Source: a virus
Reading direction: 5' to 3' (one strand)
Virus record (IMG/VR): IMGVR_UViG_3300037067_018253
Length of the DNA stretch: 64,000 bases
Part shown: positions 47,437 to 57,597 of the stretch, piece by piece
How the letters are laid out: each line of letters starts with the position of its first letter
How positions within the stretch are numbered: position 1 is the first letter of the stretch
Notes under the pieces: model-generated
Database searches by the model: none
Seen by the model: only the letters and a program-made list of their open reading frames with translations
Told to the model about the DNA's origin: nothing
Program-made: the position numbers and the translations under genes

Positions 47437-48988
47437 CGAACCATTCTATCAAGATTCACAGTTCACGCAGTACGTGGGCGATGCCACGGAAGTGATAGAT
47501 AGCCTACCGGAACATTCCGTTGACAGTATTATGACGAGTCCGCCTTATTTCGGGCTGAGAGTTTACGATGCACCGGTAAGGATATTCGACAACCATAATA
47601 ATTGCGAACACGAGTGGGGAGAGAATATAATTACGGGCGATAATAGATTTAGGGGGGAACATTCTATTGACGGAAGGAACAAAAATCCCGAGGTTACCCT
47701 TCATGGGAAGTTTCGTTCTAAATTCTGTTCTAAATGTGGTGCTTGGCAAGGGGTGCTTGGCTCCGAAAGCCGTCCAGGTGATTATATCCATCACCTAGTA
47801 CAGATATTCGATTCATGTAAGCGTATACTAAAGCCTTCGGGAAGCCTTTGGGTAAACATTGCAGATACACGGTGGAATGCGAAGGGAAGTTGCTTTAACC
47901 CGGGTGGTGGTAATACATCCCTGCAAAACAACAAAAAGGAGGCCGGGGTCTTTCCTGTTCAGCGCGGAAATAAGTCCGATAATCCCAATATACCAGTAAA
48001 ATCCATGGTGGGGATACCGGAGAGATTCGCCATAGCGATGATAGACCGTGGTTGGATTTTACGTAATAAAATCATATGGCACAAGAATAACTGCCTACCA
48101 TCAAGTGCCCGGGACCGGTTCACCGATGATTACGAGTTGTTGTTTTTCTTTACCCTTAACGGCAAACCTCTTTATTGGATTAATGAAAAGACGATGCAGT
48201 GCGTAAATAAAAAGCCAGCCGGTATACACGGACAAGAAAATATCGACTGGAAATATATACCGTGCCCGAAATGCACTTCGTTTGAATCCCAGGTTAAAAC
48301 GGCTGATTGTAAGCGTTGTAATAGTACTGGTGTGGTAAGGGATAGTTTATGGGATAGCTATGATTATTACTTCGAGCAACAATTCGAGCCAATGAAGTAT
48401 CCTGAACGCCTCTTTAATCCAGATACCAGTGAACATAAAACTACTACATTAAAAGATGAGGGCAACCGAGTCACTGGCGGTTTGCATGATGGGCGAACAC
48501 AATACGGAAATCCGGCGCTGGGAAGAAATATGCGTACAGTTTGGACCATTAACACACGTGGTCTTGGCAAGGAATATAAACACTACGCAGCCTTTCCAGC
48601 AGAATTATGCACCACGCCAATTTTATCCACGATACCCGAGTTCATTTGCTCAAAGTGCGGGCTGCCCAAGACGAAGGTATACCAAAAGACCGGTGAGTTG
48701 ATCGGGGAAGATGGATATGGCTCTCGCACTGCGGAAGTACAAGGAGTGTCGGTAACAAGTTCATTATTAACAAAAAAGGTCATGGAGAAGGAGTTTTCCG
48801 GCTTATCCACTTGCTCATGCTCAGCATCGTTTGTACCCGGTGTAATCCTTGATCCGTTTGGTGGTACCGGGACAACTGCGCTGGAAGCCCGTAGATTGGG
48901 CAGAAGGGCTATATGTATAGACATTTCTGAGTCGTATGCTAAAATGGCGGTTAAGAGGGTTACTGGAATTCCTAACCCATTTGATTAA
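47429..48988 (+). CDS. beta-class DNA amino-methyltransferase (N6A/N4C) with Cys-rich Zn-ribbon insertions
   Basis: Motif IV SPPY (DSIMTSPPY) N-terminal, motif I DPFGGTGTT C-terminal; inserts CSKCGAWQG and CPKCTS...CKRCNSTG. Confidence 0.7.
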   Translation: MSNEPFYQDSQFTQYVGDATEVIDSLPEHSVDSIMTSPPYFGLRVYDAPVRIFDNHNNCEHEWGENIITGDNRFRGEHSIDGRNKNPEVTLHGKFRSKFCSKCGAWQGVLGSESRPGDYIHHLVQIFDSCKRILKPSGSLWVNIADTRWNAKGSCFNPGGGNTSLQNNKKEAGVFPVQRGNKSDNPNIPVKSMVGIPERFAIAMIDRGWILRNKIIWHKNNCLPSSARDRFTDDYELLFFFTLNGKPLYWINEKTMQCVNKKPAGIHGQENIDWKYIPCPKCTSFESQVKTADCKRCNSTGVVRDSLWDSYDYYFEQQFEPMKYPERLFNPDTSEHKTTTLKDEGNRVTGGLHDGRTQYGNPALGRNMRTVWTINTRGLGKEYKHYAAFPAELCTTPILSTIPEFICSKCGLPKTKVYQKTGELIGEDGYGSRTAEVQGVSVTSSLLTKKVMEKEFSGLSTCSCSASFVPGVILDPFGGTGTTALEARRLGRRAICIDISESYAKMAVKRVTGIPNPFD

Positions 48989-49604
48989 TCAACTATATAC
49001 AAAGGAAGGTAAGATGTCTCCTGATAATGACAATAAAGACAATTGGGCTGTAGTCGGCAAGGGCAGCACTGTTTATAAACTGCTTAACAAGTGCTTTGAT
49101 AGGCAGAAGGTGGTGGTAGACAGGTTGCCGGAAAAAGAACGCAAGAAGCTATATGGTTTCGCCTGCCAGTTCATTGTAAAAGGCAAGGAATCCGAAGGCG
49201 GAATATTTAACTTGTGGTTCTGTTCGGAGGGGATACAACCAAAGCCGCCGGACGCGCCACTGCGTAACTACGTTATCTTGTCCTATGATACCTTTCTAAA
49301 TCTATTTACGCCTGATTATGATAGTCTCAAGGCCATTACTCCTAATGGTGAAAGGCTGGCCGGCTTTGATGCGCTGTCATATTATATTGAGAACGGCATG
49401 TTTAAAGACATACTGCCTACTCTCAAGCCGGTACAAAGCTTCAATAATGCCATGGCCAATGGATCCATTGAGTTCGGGGGCGTTATGCCGGATATAGACA
49501 GTGCCAAATGGGGTGAAATGGTCAACGAGGTACTTTACGAGATAGCCTTCCCCATGGTTGTCGAGGGATTAATGGAAACAACGAAGTCAAAAAAGAAAAG
49601 GTAA
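48936..49604 (+). CDS. hypothetical protein
   Basis: ORF in tight operon. Confidence 0.45.
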   Translation: MLKWRLRGLLEFLTHLINQLYTKEGKMSPDNDNKDNWAVVGKGSTVYKLLNKCFDRQKVVVDRLPEKERKKLYGFACQFIVKGKESEGGIFNLWFCSEGIQPKPPDAPLRNYVILSYDTFLNLFTPDYDSLKAITPNGERLAGFDALSYYIENGMFKDILPTLKPVQSFNNAMANGSIEFGGVMPDIDSAKWGEMVNEVLYEIAFPMVVEGLMETTKSKKKR

Positions 49605-49606
49605 TA

Positions 49607-50032
49607 ATGGGCGACGGCGGGTGGAAGATTGTATCTAGTAAGGATTTTACGCCTGAATTTCTTGAGCGTAATCCTGAACTGGCTGGTGTAGTTGGTAAGA
49701 TTACCCACCGGAAGTATCGTAATGAGCCGGCTATTTCATTTGACCGTGTATTTGAATCTACCCTGGAAGCTGAACGGGCGGGAGAGTTGATGATACTCCT
49801 GAAAGAAGGTAAGATATTTAACCTGTACTTTCAAGTGCCGTTTGTACTGCAAGGCGGGGTGAAATACGTGGCTGATTTCGTGTATCTCGATGATAAACTT
49901 GATTGTGTGGTTGAGGATACCAAGGGAGTATGGACCCGGTCATCTAAAGATAAGGTAAAGCAATTCGAGGCTGCGTATAGGAAAAAGGTAAATGTAATCA
50001 AGAGAGAAAAATTTAATGCAATTAACACTTGA
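49607..50032 (+). CDS. PD-(D/E)xK-type nuclease-like protein (DUF1064/VRR-NUC-like)
   Basis: ADFVYLDD...VVEDTKG (D...E-x-K). Confidence 0.4.
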   Translation: MGDGGWKIVSSKDFTPEFLERNPELAGVVGKITHRKYRNEPAISFDRVFESTLEAERAGELMILLKEGKIFNLYFQVPFVLQGGVKYVADFVYLDDKLDCVVEDTKGVWTRSSKDKVKQFEAAYRKKVNVIKREKFNAINT

Positions 50033-50765
50033 TAATAAAACAATAGACCAACTTGCAATTGAATTAATACAATCTGTGGTTGGCAACAAAACAGCTTATG
50101 TGACCTTATCCGGTGGGAAGGATAGCATCGTCGAGGTTGATTTAGTTAGACGTTCTGGAGTACCCCATGAGTTGCATTATCACCGAACTGGCCTGGACGC
50201 TCCCGAAACAATAAGATTCATCAAGTTGGTTTACCCGGATTGTATTTGGGACATTCCTGACCGAACATTCTGGGAAGGTATGCTTTCCAACGGATTACCT
50301 CGGCGGTTGCAACGATGGTGTTGCGGGGAATTGAAAGAATGTTTTGGCCGAGGCCAAAACAATATTATCATTGACGGCATTAGAGCGGGAGAATCTAATA
50401 GCCGTGAGGCTCGTAATTGCTTCGAGGCGTGTGATGAGGATGAGGGAACTACTTTTCTTCATCCTATTTTCAGGTGGTCTGTAGATGATGTTTGGCAGTA
50501 CATTGACGAACGCAAACTGCCACATAACCCTCTTTACTATTCAGGGGGAAAACGGGTTAAGAAACGTAGAATTGGCTGTATCTTATGCCCGATGGTGTCT
50601 AAGTTTGAAGCGGAAAGACAAATGGGAATGTTCCCTGGCTTCGTCAAATTGTATTTAGACTATTCTGAGCGATATGTACAAATTCGCCGAGACCGAGGTA
50701 CTCCGCTTACTCAACAAACGGGGCGTGAATATTTTGATTGGTGGATTAATGACCATGACAGCTAA
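50016..50765 (+). CDS. PAPS reductase-family PP-loop ATP pyrophosphatase (DndC/SspD/CysH-like)
   Basis: PP-loop SGGKDS, CCGELKE, GIRAGES, CILCP; all hallmarks of PF01507. Confidence 0.7.
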   Translation: MQLTLDNKTIDQLAIELIQSVVGNKTAYVTLSGGKDSIVEVDLVRRSGVPHELHYHRTGLDAPETIRFIKLVYPDCIWDIPDRTFWEGMLSNGLPRRLQRWCCGELKECFGRGQNNIIIDGIRAGESNSREARNCFEACDEDEGTTFLHPIFRWSVDDVWQYIDERKLPHNPLYYSGGKRVKKRRIGCILCPMVSKFEAERQMGMFPGFVKLYLDYSERYVQIRRDRGTPLTQQTGREYFDWWINDHDS

Positions 50766-50800
50766 ATTTATAATCAAGAGAGATAGGAGGTAAAAATAAC

Positions 50801-51166
50801 ATGGTAATGCACAGGATCGAAAAACTCGCGGGACTGCCTAGTTTTGACGAGGTAAGGCAGACTACGCAAGCAGTGAACAGCCTAATGACTGCGCTCAATG
50901 ACAAGAGGCTTAACTCGCTACGCCAGCTCACCGATAACCTGCTTAAACTACAGGAACAGGGCGGACCACAAGGTATGCAGAGCTTCATACAGATTCTCAA
51001 TGTCCTGGCAAATGTGCCGGAGACCAAATTCGACAAGATAGACAGTACACTGAGAGACGTGATGGGGATTATTAATTCCCTGCAACGCCTGGTCAAGTCC
51101 CTGCCGGAAGGCATGCTGAGTGGGCTATCTCTTAGTAATCTGATGGACGAAATTAAAAAGCAATAG
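50801..51166 (+). CDS. hypothetical protein
   Basis: ORF. Confidence 0.4.
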   Translation: MVMHRIEKLAGLPSFDEVRQTTQAVNSLMTALNDKRLNSLRQLTDNLLKLQEQGGPQGMQSFIQILNVLANVPETKFDKIDSTLRDVMGIINSLQRLVKSLPEGMLSGLSLSNLMDEIKKQ

Positions 51167-51176
51167 GAGGATTTAC

Positions 51177-51539
51177 ATGTCAGAAAAACCTGCCAACCAG
51201 AATAAAAACCAGATTCAGGATATCTCCGATGTGAAAGAGTGCCCGATATGCCACAGTACGGATACCGTGTATAGAAAAGCTAATGAGTTTGCTATCAAGG
51301 CCGGCAAGGCGCCTTTATACATCGAGGCGGCCCTGATACCACTGGACCAGCCCGGCATGGCGGTGTTAGTCAATCACACCTTGATAAAATACTTCGATGA
51401 CTGTGCCCAGTGCGGTATACGCTATTGCGTTCATTCCCAGGTAATTACCACTGCAATCGGCGGAAGCGCACAGCAGGCTATGGCGCAGATGCTCGGTAAA
51501 TCCAATGGGCCCATGGGTCCGCAGCAGTTGAAGGGGTAG
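51177..51539 (+). CDS. Zn-ribbon protein
   Basis: CPICHS...CAQCG. Confidence 0.4.
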   Translation: MSEKPANQNKNQIQDISDVKECPICHSTDTVYRKANEFAIKAGKAPLYIEAALIPLDQPGMAVLVNHTLIKYFDDCAQCGIRYCVHSQVITTAIGGSAQQAMAQMLGKSNGPMGPQQLKG

Positions 51540-51540
51540 A

Positions 51541-51753
51541 GTGCCCAATAAACCTGATTACCACGTCGTAGCGGCTATATCCGCTGAGATAATTGGCCAG
51601 CCCATGCGTGAGGATGCGCAACGGGCGCTGGCTGCATCAATATGCCGCGGACAGTGCGGTCAGGAACCATGCAGCCCTCTTTGTAATGTGATGGTGCATG
51701 ATATAAACGAGGTATTGAGGGTAAAATGGGCACAGTACGCAATGTTGAATTAA
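51541..51753 (+). CDS. small Cys-containing protein
   Basis: CRGQCGQEPCSPLC. Confidence 0.35.
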   Translation: MPNKPDYHVVAAISAEIIGQPMREDAQRALAASICRGQCGQEPCSPLCNVMVHDINEVLRVKWAQYAMLN

Positions 51754-51821
51754 GGTGTTCGCCGCCGAAGTCCAGAAGCGACTTGAAATAAGCAGGAAGT
51801 AATTAAGGAAAGGAGAAGATA

Positions 51822-52634
51822 GTGAACAGCATGAAATGGATTGGATTAGGAATTGGAATTATACTACTTATCATCACGCTTGTTGGTGGAACTGTAATAA
51901 CTCCAGCAGGACACGTTAATGTAGTATTGAGGTTCGGTAGGGCAATAGGGGTAAAAACCGATGGGCTGTCCTTCAGAATGCCTCTCATCGACAATCTACA
52001 GTTAATGAGTATTCAGACGCAATTATTCGAGGTAGAAAATGCAGAGGCGGCATCAAGGGATATGCAGGACGTTGCTGCCTCTATAGCTATCAACTATAAG
52101 ATAGAGCCTCAATACGCAAGCGATATTTACCGAACCTTGGGAACAGACTACATCAAAAAGATTGCATACCCAGTAGTTCAAGAGGTAGTAAAATCTGTAA
52201 CCGCCAACTACGATGCGCAAGATTTAATACTCAGACGTGAGGACGTAAAAAATGTAATATCGACAGAATTGGGTAGGCGACTGGGAGAACGGCACATAAT
52301 AACGGAAACAATCAATATAACCAATTTTAACTTTAGCGAAGAATTTACTAAATCTATTGAGGCAAAAATGGTAGCGGCACAGAAAGTTATAGAAGCAGAA
52401 AATACACTGCGCCGTATAGAAGTCGAGGCACGACAGGCAGAGCAAAAAGCTAAAGGTGAAGCAGCCGCCGCAATAGCCAGAGCCGAAGGACAATCAGAGG
52501 CTAATAGAATATTGGCTGATAGCCTTACTCCTGAATTGCTACAATATACTTTCATCGATAAGGTTGCCGATCAAGATGTTGACAAGATACTAGTAATACC
52601 TTACGGTTCGCCCATTACATTACCGGCAAACTAA
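51822..52634 (+). CDS. SPFH/Band-7 (HflK/C, prohibitin-like) membrane protein
   Basis: N-terminal TM; SPFH core followed by coiled-coil RIEVEARQAEQKAKGEAAAAIARAEGQSEA. Confidence 0.6.
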   Translation: MNSMKWIGLGIGIILLIITLVGGTVITPAGHVNVVLRFGRAIGVKTDGLSFRMPLIDNLQLMSIQTQLFEVENAEAASRDMQDVAASIAINYKIEPQYASDIYRTLGTDYIKKIAYPVVQEVVKSVTANYDAQDLILRREDVKNVISTELGRRLGERHIITETINITNFNFSEEFTKSIEAKMVAAQKVIEAENTLRRIEVEARQAEQKAKGEAAAAIARAEGQSEANRILADSLTPELLQYTFIDKVADQDVDKILVIPYGSPITLPAN

Positions 52635-52690
52635 AGGAAAGGAGGCAGCAGAAACAGTCCTGAGTAGAGTGGAAATAATGCTTAGTCCAA

Positions 52691-52860
52691 GGCAGAGGGA
52701 TTTTACCCTCCGCCTGATTCGGGGAAGCAAGATGTAGCCTTACCAAGTGTCACACCGACAAAAGAAACGGTCACAGCTTGGAACGCAGAGGAATGAAGGG
52801 TTAGCCCACCCAATGGAGTTTCCCTGAGTCAGATAGAGGGCAAAAGAATGAGAGAGAAAG
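52691..52860 (+). promoter_or_regulatory. structured 5' leader of cassette A (paralog of 60757..60982)
   Basis: Conserved 5' hairpin ggcagagggattttaccctccgcc, conserved 3' end cagatagaggg...agagagaaaATG; the long-range helix differs from copy B but pairing is retained. Confidence 0.4.
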
Positions 52861-53151
52861 ATGAACCATAAGATTGCCAGAGCAGAAGCACTACGCCTAT
52901 CTAAAGAAACAATGGTTAAGGCAGAGCAGGAACGCAAACAACCCGCAATCTCTCACTGGCAAGACAAGCCTGATAAAGTTGGATACTGGTGGCTATTCAA
53001 TGAACGTAAAAATGTTGTATTAGTTATTCATAATATTAATAATCATGGTTTCGAAGTTTTGAATAACATGGGTCTTTTTCCTGTAGAAAATTATGGTGCC
53101 AAGTGGCTTTACATCGAGCAACCAGAAGCTCCAGAAGTAGGAGGGAAATAA
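52861..53151 (+). CDS. cassette A gene 1: hypothetical protein with conserved C-terminal domain
   Basis: Shares HWQDKPDK.GYWW...KWLYIEQPEAPE.GG with 60983..61498. Confidence 0.5.
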   Translation: MNHKIARAEALRLSKETMVKAEQERKQPAISHWQDKPDKVGYWWLFNERKNVVLVIHNINNHGFEVLNNMGLFPVENYGAKWLYIEQPEAPEVGGK

Positions 53152-53417
53152 TGCCTAAAGTATGGAACAAAAGAGATAAAAATACTCCTGTTGATGTTGT
53201 CTATGTAGGCAGACCTAGTAAATGGGGAAATCCTTTTAAGATAGGCAAAGACGGAAACAGAACTGAGGTTATTAACAAATACAGAATGAGAGTTATTAAT
53301 ATTCTCCAATTTACAGATAGTCATTGGCTTGATGAACTTAAAAATAAAGATTTAGTTTGTTGGTGCGTTCCTGCACCTTGCCATGCTGATGTACTGTTAG
53401 AACTTGCTAACAGATAA
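53151..53417 (+). CDS. cassette A gene 2: DUF4326-like protein
   Basis: VVYVGRPSKWGNPF...CWCVPAPCHADVL; the track ORF (53103) is extended by the conserved upstream sequence; probable start is ATG 53151 after ggagggaaata. Confidence 0.5.
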   Translation: MPKVWNKRDKNTPVDVVYVGRPSKWGNPFKIGKDGNRTEVINKYRMRVINILQFTDSHWLDELKNKDLVCWCVPAPCHADVLLELANR

Positions 53418-53645
53418 CCTTGCCATGTGGAAGTGGCAAGCCTGTACCAGCCACCCGAAAGAGCTAGGCTAACCAGTTGGTGTCACCGAGGATTGAGTAG
53501 GGTAGTCCAAGCTGAGTAGTATGACTTGCGACGGCTACTGGCTGGTACAGGAATCAAGACTCAAGGTGCTGGTGTCATAAAGGTAGACCTGAGATAGACG
53601 CAAGCGTGGTTTGAAAAGTGAACCAGCCAGCACCTGGGTGAATAA
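53418..53645 (+). ncRNA. conserved structured element A (paralog of 62017..62235); unclassified
   Basis: Conserved hairpin cttgcca-tgtggaag-tggcaag; 12-bp helix cctgtaccagcc/ggctggtacagg with compensatory change in copy B; conserved aatcaagRctcaaggtgctggt and ccagccagcacc. Confidence 0.4.
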
Positions 53646-53658
53646 ACAAGGAGACAAA

Positions 53659-54087
53659 ATGGATACTACAGAATTATATATAACAATGTGTGAAAAGTCC
53701 CCAGAGATTCAGGGACTTCGCCCAAGGGATGACAACGAATTTATACCTGACTGTTATTTTGGATTGTTTATCTTTGAACGAACCAAGAAACGAGAGAACT
53801 TTCATCTATTTTGTGTTTCAGATGATAGAGTAGTACAGGAACAGTCTATTTGGCTCCCCAGGCAAGACGAGCTTCAGAAGATGATGAAATATTTAAAGTT
53901 AAATCTTCATCTTGAGTATGCTGTTGATTCTGTATGGCTGCTTTATAATGAAACTAGGCAGAATTTTAGGAATGAATACTATGAAAGTTTTCGATCAATG
54001 GAGCAACTCTGGCTTGCCTTTGTTATGAGAAAAAAGTATCACCAAGTATGGGATAATGATAAAAAAGACTGGTTTGAAGAAAAATGA
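53659..54087 (+). CDS. hypothetical protein
   Basis: RBS aaggagacaaaATG; the track ORF begins earlier at 53611. Confidence 0.45.
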   Translation: MDTTELYITMCEKSPEIQGLRPRDDNEFIPDCYFGLFIFERTKKRENFHLFCVSDDRVVQEQSIWLPRQDELQKMMKYLKLNLHLEYAVDSVWLLYNETRQNFRNEYYESFRSMEQLWLAFVMRKKYHQVWDNDKKDWFEEK

Positions 54088-54398
54088 AACTTATAGACAA
54101 AGTAGCAAATTTAGTATGCTGTGATTGCCCTGAAGGGAAAAAGCTCATCAAAAACTGGAGATGTATTCTTGGTTTTAATCCAGTTTTATCAGAGAAGCAT
54201 TGTACTCAGTGTGAAGCTGAAATGAAGAAATATCGCGAGAAAATAAAATGTAGATATTTTAATAGGATATTATCTCAGAAAGAAATTAAAGAGATGTATA
54301 ATGTTGAAAAATACATAATGAGAGAAGAAGATTGCCTGATAATGAAAAGGGGATCGCCGTCAATCATTATCCGGGGCGGTAATATGGAGGTTAAATGA
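54084..54398 (+). CDS. Cys-rich small protein
   Basis: CCDCPEG...CTQCE. Confidence 0.4.
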   Translation: MKLIDKVANLVCCDCPEGKKLIKNWRCILGFNPVLSEKHCTQCEAEMKKYREKIKCRYFNRILSQKEIKEMYNVEKYIMREEDCLIMKRGSPSIIIRGGNMEVK

Positions 54399-55078
54399 GC
54401 GAGTTAATGAGAGAAATACCGTACCTGTTATTAGTGGCCGGTGGCAGCCTGATTGGACTCTGGTGGGCAAACTACTTCTTCGACCACGGTATCAGCCATT
54501 GGAGAAGTCGTAAGGTTGCCCATGCTTTTGGCGGCGGGGCTAGTCTGTTAGCGGCTTTACTATTTGAGTCGTGGGTATTACCAGTGGCGCTTGCCACTAT
54601 GTTCGCACTGATATTGGGCATAGCAAACAGGCTTGCTCCAAAAACCTTCCGTGGTACCGGTGGCTCTGGGCGTAATACCCGGGCGATGTCTGAATTTTGG
54701 TTTGGTTTCTCTACTGCCTTAATCTGGGGTATCGGCTGGGGAGTATTTAATCGCCCCATTGAATCTACCGCCTGCATCCTTATGATGTCGTGGGGAGATG
54801 CTGTAGGGGGATGGGTTCGCGCTTTCCGCTATAATACAGCCACGAAGGGGTGGGAAGGCAGCATGGTTAATCTCTGTGTTTGCATGGTATTGGCGTGGGC
54901 ATTTCTATCACCTTTATGGCTGGGCGTTCTCGCCGCGGTTGGCGCTGCGGCCGCTGAATATGCGTGTGGAGATGTTAGCAAGATAAGGTTCCTGAGGTGG
55001 GCGGATGATAACTTGTTTATACCGGTAGTGGCAGCTTTAATTTACTTCGGTGGACTTTATGCGATAGGGGCACTGTAA
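54395..55078 (+). CDS. CTP-dependent polyprenol (dolichol/phytol) kinase / CdsA-like integral membrane protein
   Basis: Multi-TM; WGDAVGGWVRAFRYNTATKGWEGS matches the G-D-x-x-G...K-G-x-EGS signature of the DolK/DUF92 family. Confidence 0.45.
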   Translation: MSELMREIPYLLLVAGGSLIGLWWANYFFDHGISHWRSRKVAHAFGGGASLLAALLFESWVLPVALATMFALILGIANRLAPKTFRGTGGSGRNTRAMSEFWFGFSTALIWGIGWGVFNRPIESTACILMMSWGDAVGGWVRAFRYNTATKGWEGSMVNLCVCMVLAWAFLSPLWLGVLAAVGAAAAEYACGDVSKIRFLRWADDNLFIPVVAALIYFGGLYAIGAL

Positions 55079-56382
55079 TGCTCAATCCCTGTTATAGTGA
55101 TAATACCTCTGCCTTCTATGAAATGGACTGCCTAGATGGCCTAAAAGATATCCCTGATAATTCTATAGACCTTCTTTGTACGGACCCGCCATATGGACTC
55201 GCATTCATGGGATTAAAATGGGACAAGGCTGTTCCACCAGTAGATACATGGAAACAGTGCCTGCGTGTCCTTAAGCCCGGGGCATTTGGGTTTATAATGT
55301 GCATACCGCGCCAAGATTGTTTATCCCGGATGATTGTTAATCTGCAAGACGCTGGATTTGAAACGGGCTTTACGTCAATGTACCACACCTTTGCCCAAGG
55401 CTTTCCGAAGGCAGAGAATATATCGAAATCCATAGACCGTAAACTCGGGGTACAACGCACTGTGGTAGGCAAGAAAATGGTTGATATTGGTATCCAAAAG
55501 GGTTCTATGCACGCTGGACAGGATACTAATGTGGTTGAGGTTGATGATACCATAGCCACGTCTCCGCAGGCTAAGGCTTTAGACGGGAGCTATACTTATA
55601 ACCCTAAGCCAGCTATTGAAGTCATTTTGGTGGTGATGAAACCGCTTGAAAGGAAAACCTACGTAGAGCAAGCCATGGATAACCAGAAGGGTGTTGTTTG
55701 GTTTGATGATTGCAGGATACCGGTGGACCCGGACGTAGACGATCATCGGCTAGGCGGTAAAGGCACGTGGTCAACTGGAAAGATGTGCAAGAACACCTAT
55801 GAGGGCGGGTATGCAGGGGAAAGAGTTGGCTCATCGCCAGCAGGCAGGTTTACGGCTAATCTACTCGTTTCTAACGATATTCTTAATAATGGCATAGAGT
55901 GGAAATCTGGTAGTAATGTGACCGGGATAGAACCGTCAGTACCAACCAAGAATGTTTACGGTGAATACGAAAGACGTAGTTTCGTTTCCTATGGTGACAC
56001 CGGTTCATTTAGCCGCTTCTTCAGTCTGGATGCATGGTGGAGTAATAAGATAAAAAACTTACCGGAATCAGTACAAAAAACCTTTCCATTCTTTCTGGTG
56101 GCCAAGGCATCTGCAGGCGAGAGGAATAATGGTATTGAGCCAGGCTGTGAAAATCATCATCCATCAGTTAAACCCTTAACTCTTATGAGCTATCTTGTAA
56201 CATTAGGCAGCCGCCCCGGTGACACCATCCTTGAGCCATTCCTTGGTTCCGGTACTACTGCAATCGCATGTAAAATATTAAACCGGAAGTGCATTGCGTT
56301 TGAAATCAGCCACGAATATATTCAAATCGCTATATCCCGTCAGAATCTGATACAGACAAAATTATCAATACCCGCCGTCTAA
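55078..56382 (+). CDS. beta-class DNA amino-methyltransferase (N6A/N4C)
   Basis: Motif IV DPPY (LLCTDPPYGLAF); motif I EPFLGSGTTAIAC; last 7 codons and stop lie inside the IS left end. Confidence 0.7.
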   Translation: MLNPCYSDNTSAFYEMDCLDGLKDIPDNSIDLLCTDPPYGLAFMGLKWDKAVPPVDTWKQCLRVLKPGAFGFIMCIPRQDCLSRMIVNLQDAGFETGFTSMYHTFAQGFPKAENISKSIDRKLGVQRTVVGKKMVDIGIQKGSMHAGQDTNVVEVDDTIATSPQAKALDGSYTYNPKPAIEVILVVMKPLERKTYVEQAMDNQKGVVWFDDCRIPVDPDVDDHRLGGKGTWSTGKMCKNTYEGGYAGERVGSSPAGRFTANLLVSNDILNNGIEWKSGSNVTGIEPSVPTKNVYGEYERRSFVSYGDTGSFSRFFSLDAWWSNKIKNLPESVQKTFPFFLVAKASAGERNNGIEPGCENHHPSVKPLTLMSYLVTLGSRPGDTILEPFLGSGTTAIACKILNRKCIAFEISHEYIQIAISRQNLIQTKLSIPAV

Positions 56383-57597
56383 AACCCCGTATTTCAATAC
56401 TGGGGATACAGACGGCAAAACCCTTTTGGGATTTCTTTTCTATTTCGTTTGTGCTATAATGTAAATAATGCATAAAACTACTTTCCAGTATCGCATATAC
56501 CCGACCAAAAAGCAATTGGCGTTACTGCAAGGCACTCTTAACGAGTGTCGCTGGCTTTACAATCACTTTCTTGAAGAGCGCAAGAATTCCTGGGAACAGA
56601 AACAGGAATCCATTACAATGTACGACCAGATTAAAACATTGCCATCCCTTAAAAAGGATAATGCTTCTTTGGGTATGGTTCATAGCCAGGTACTGCAAGA
56701 TGTGGCAGTACGTATTGATCTGGCGTTTAAGGCTTTCTTCAGGCGTGTCAAGGCCGGAGATAAGCCCGGTTACCCGAGGTTTCGCGGTACCGGCTGGTAT
56801 GATAGTTTCACGTATCCACAAAGTGGCTATTCTATTAGCATGGATACGATCACACTGTCTAAGATTGGAGTAATTAAAGCCGTTATCCACCGACCCATCG
56901 AGGGTAAGATGAAAACCTGTATTGTAAGGCGCACGTCTACCGGTAAATGGTTCGTATCTTTCTCTTGTGAAGTGGAAGATAAACCGCTTCCAGAATCCAA
57001 CGAGGCTGTTGGCATCGATGTTGGATTGGAGTCTTTCGCTACTCTTTCCACCGGGGAATCTATCGCCAATCCACGCTTCTTTAGAACTGATGAAAAGGCG
57101 CTGGCCAAAGCACAAAAGAAAATGTCTAAATACGACAAAGGCACACCTGAGAGACGGAAAGCTCGTAAGGTAGTATCGCATATACATGAGCGAGTTGCCA
57201 ATAGACGTTCTAACTTTGCTCACCAGCTTAGTCGTAGAATCGTAAATAGCTATGGAGTTATCTGTGTAGAAGATATCCAAACCAACCGGATGCTTCATAA
57301 TCATTGTTTGGCTAAATCCATTTCGGATGCAGCTTGGGGTATGTTCTTCGCCTGCCTCGCGTACAAAGCTGAAAATGCTGGTCGCAGGTATAACGCTGGC
57401 AACCCCGCCTACACTACTCAGGATTGCTCCGGGTGCGGACACAGACAGAAGATGGAACTCTCTGAAAGAGTCTATCATTGTCCTTGTTGTCAGCTTACAT
57501 TGCCTCGCGACCATAATGCCTCACTTAATATTCTGGCTATCGGGCTGGATAGCCTGGGTCTTGTCCCTAGAAGCCCTAGTCATAGGGAACAGTCACT
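56360..57597 (+). mobile_element. IS200/IS605-family TnpB-only element (IS1341-like), about 1.24 kb
   Basis: LE with hairpin ccccgtatttcaatactgggg; tnpB; RE with terminal hairpin ccctagtcataggg; LE and RE homologs elsewhere in the window define the ends. Confidence 0.7.

Noticed and set aside
12491-56515. ORFs 12491..12712 (+) and 56330..56515 (-) sharing NEIEKK.QKGFAVCIPSIEIRGFRR
   Set aside because: Both read through copies of the IS left end. The shared peptide reflects the repeated DNA, not a real protein family.
56522-57514. 330-aa ORF antisense to tnpB, and other long opposite-strand ORFs (22174..22686, 30093..30752, 44510..45109)
   Set aside because: They lie fully inside better-supported genes on the other strand and have no RBS or motifs. 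I treat them as shadow ORFs.
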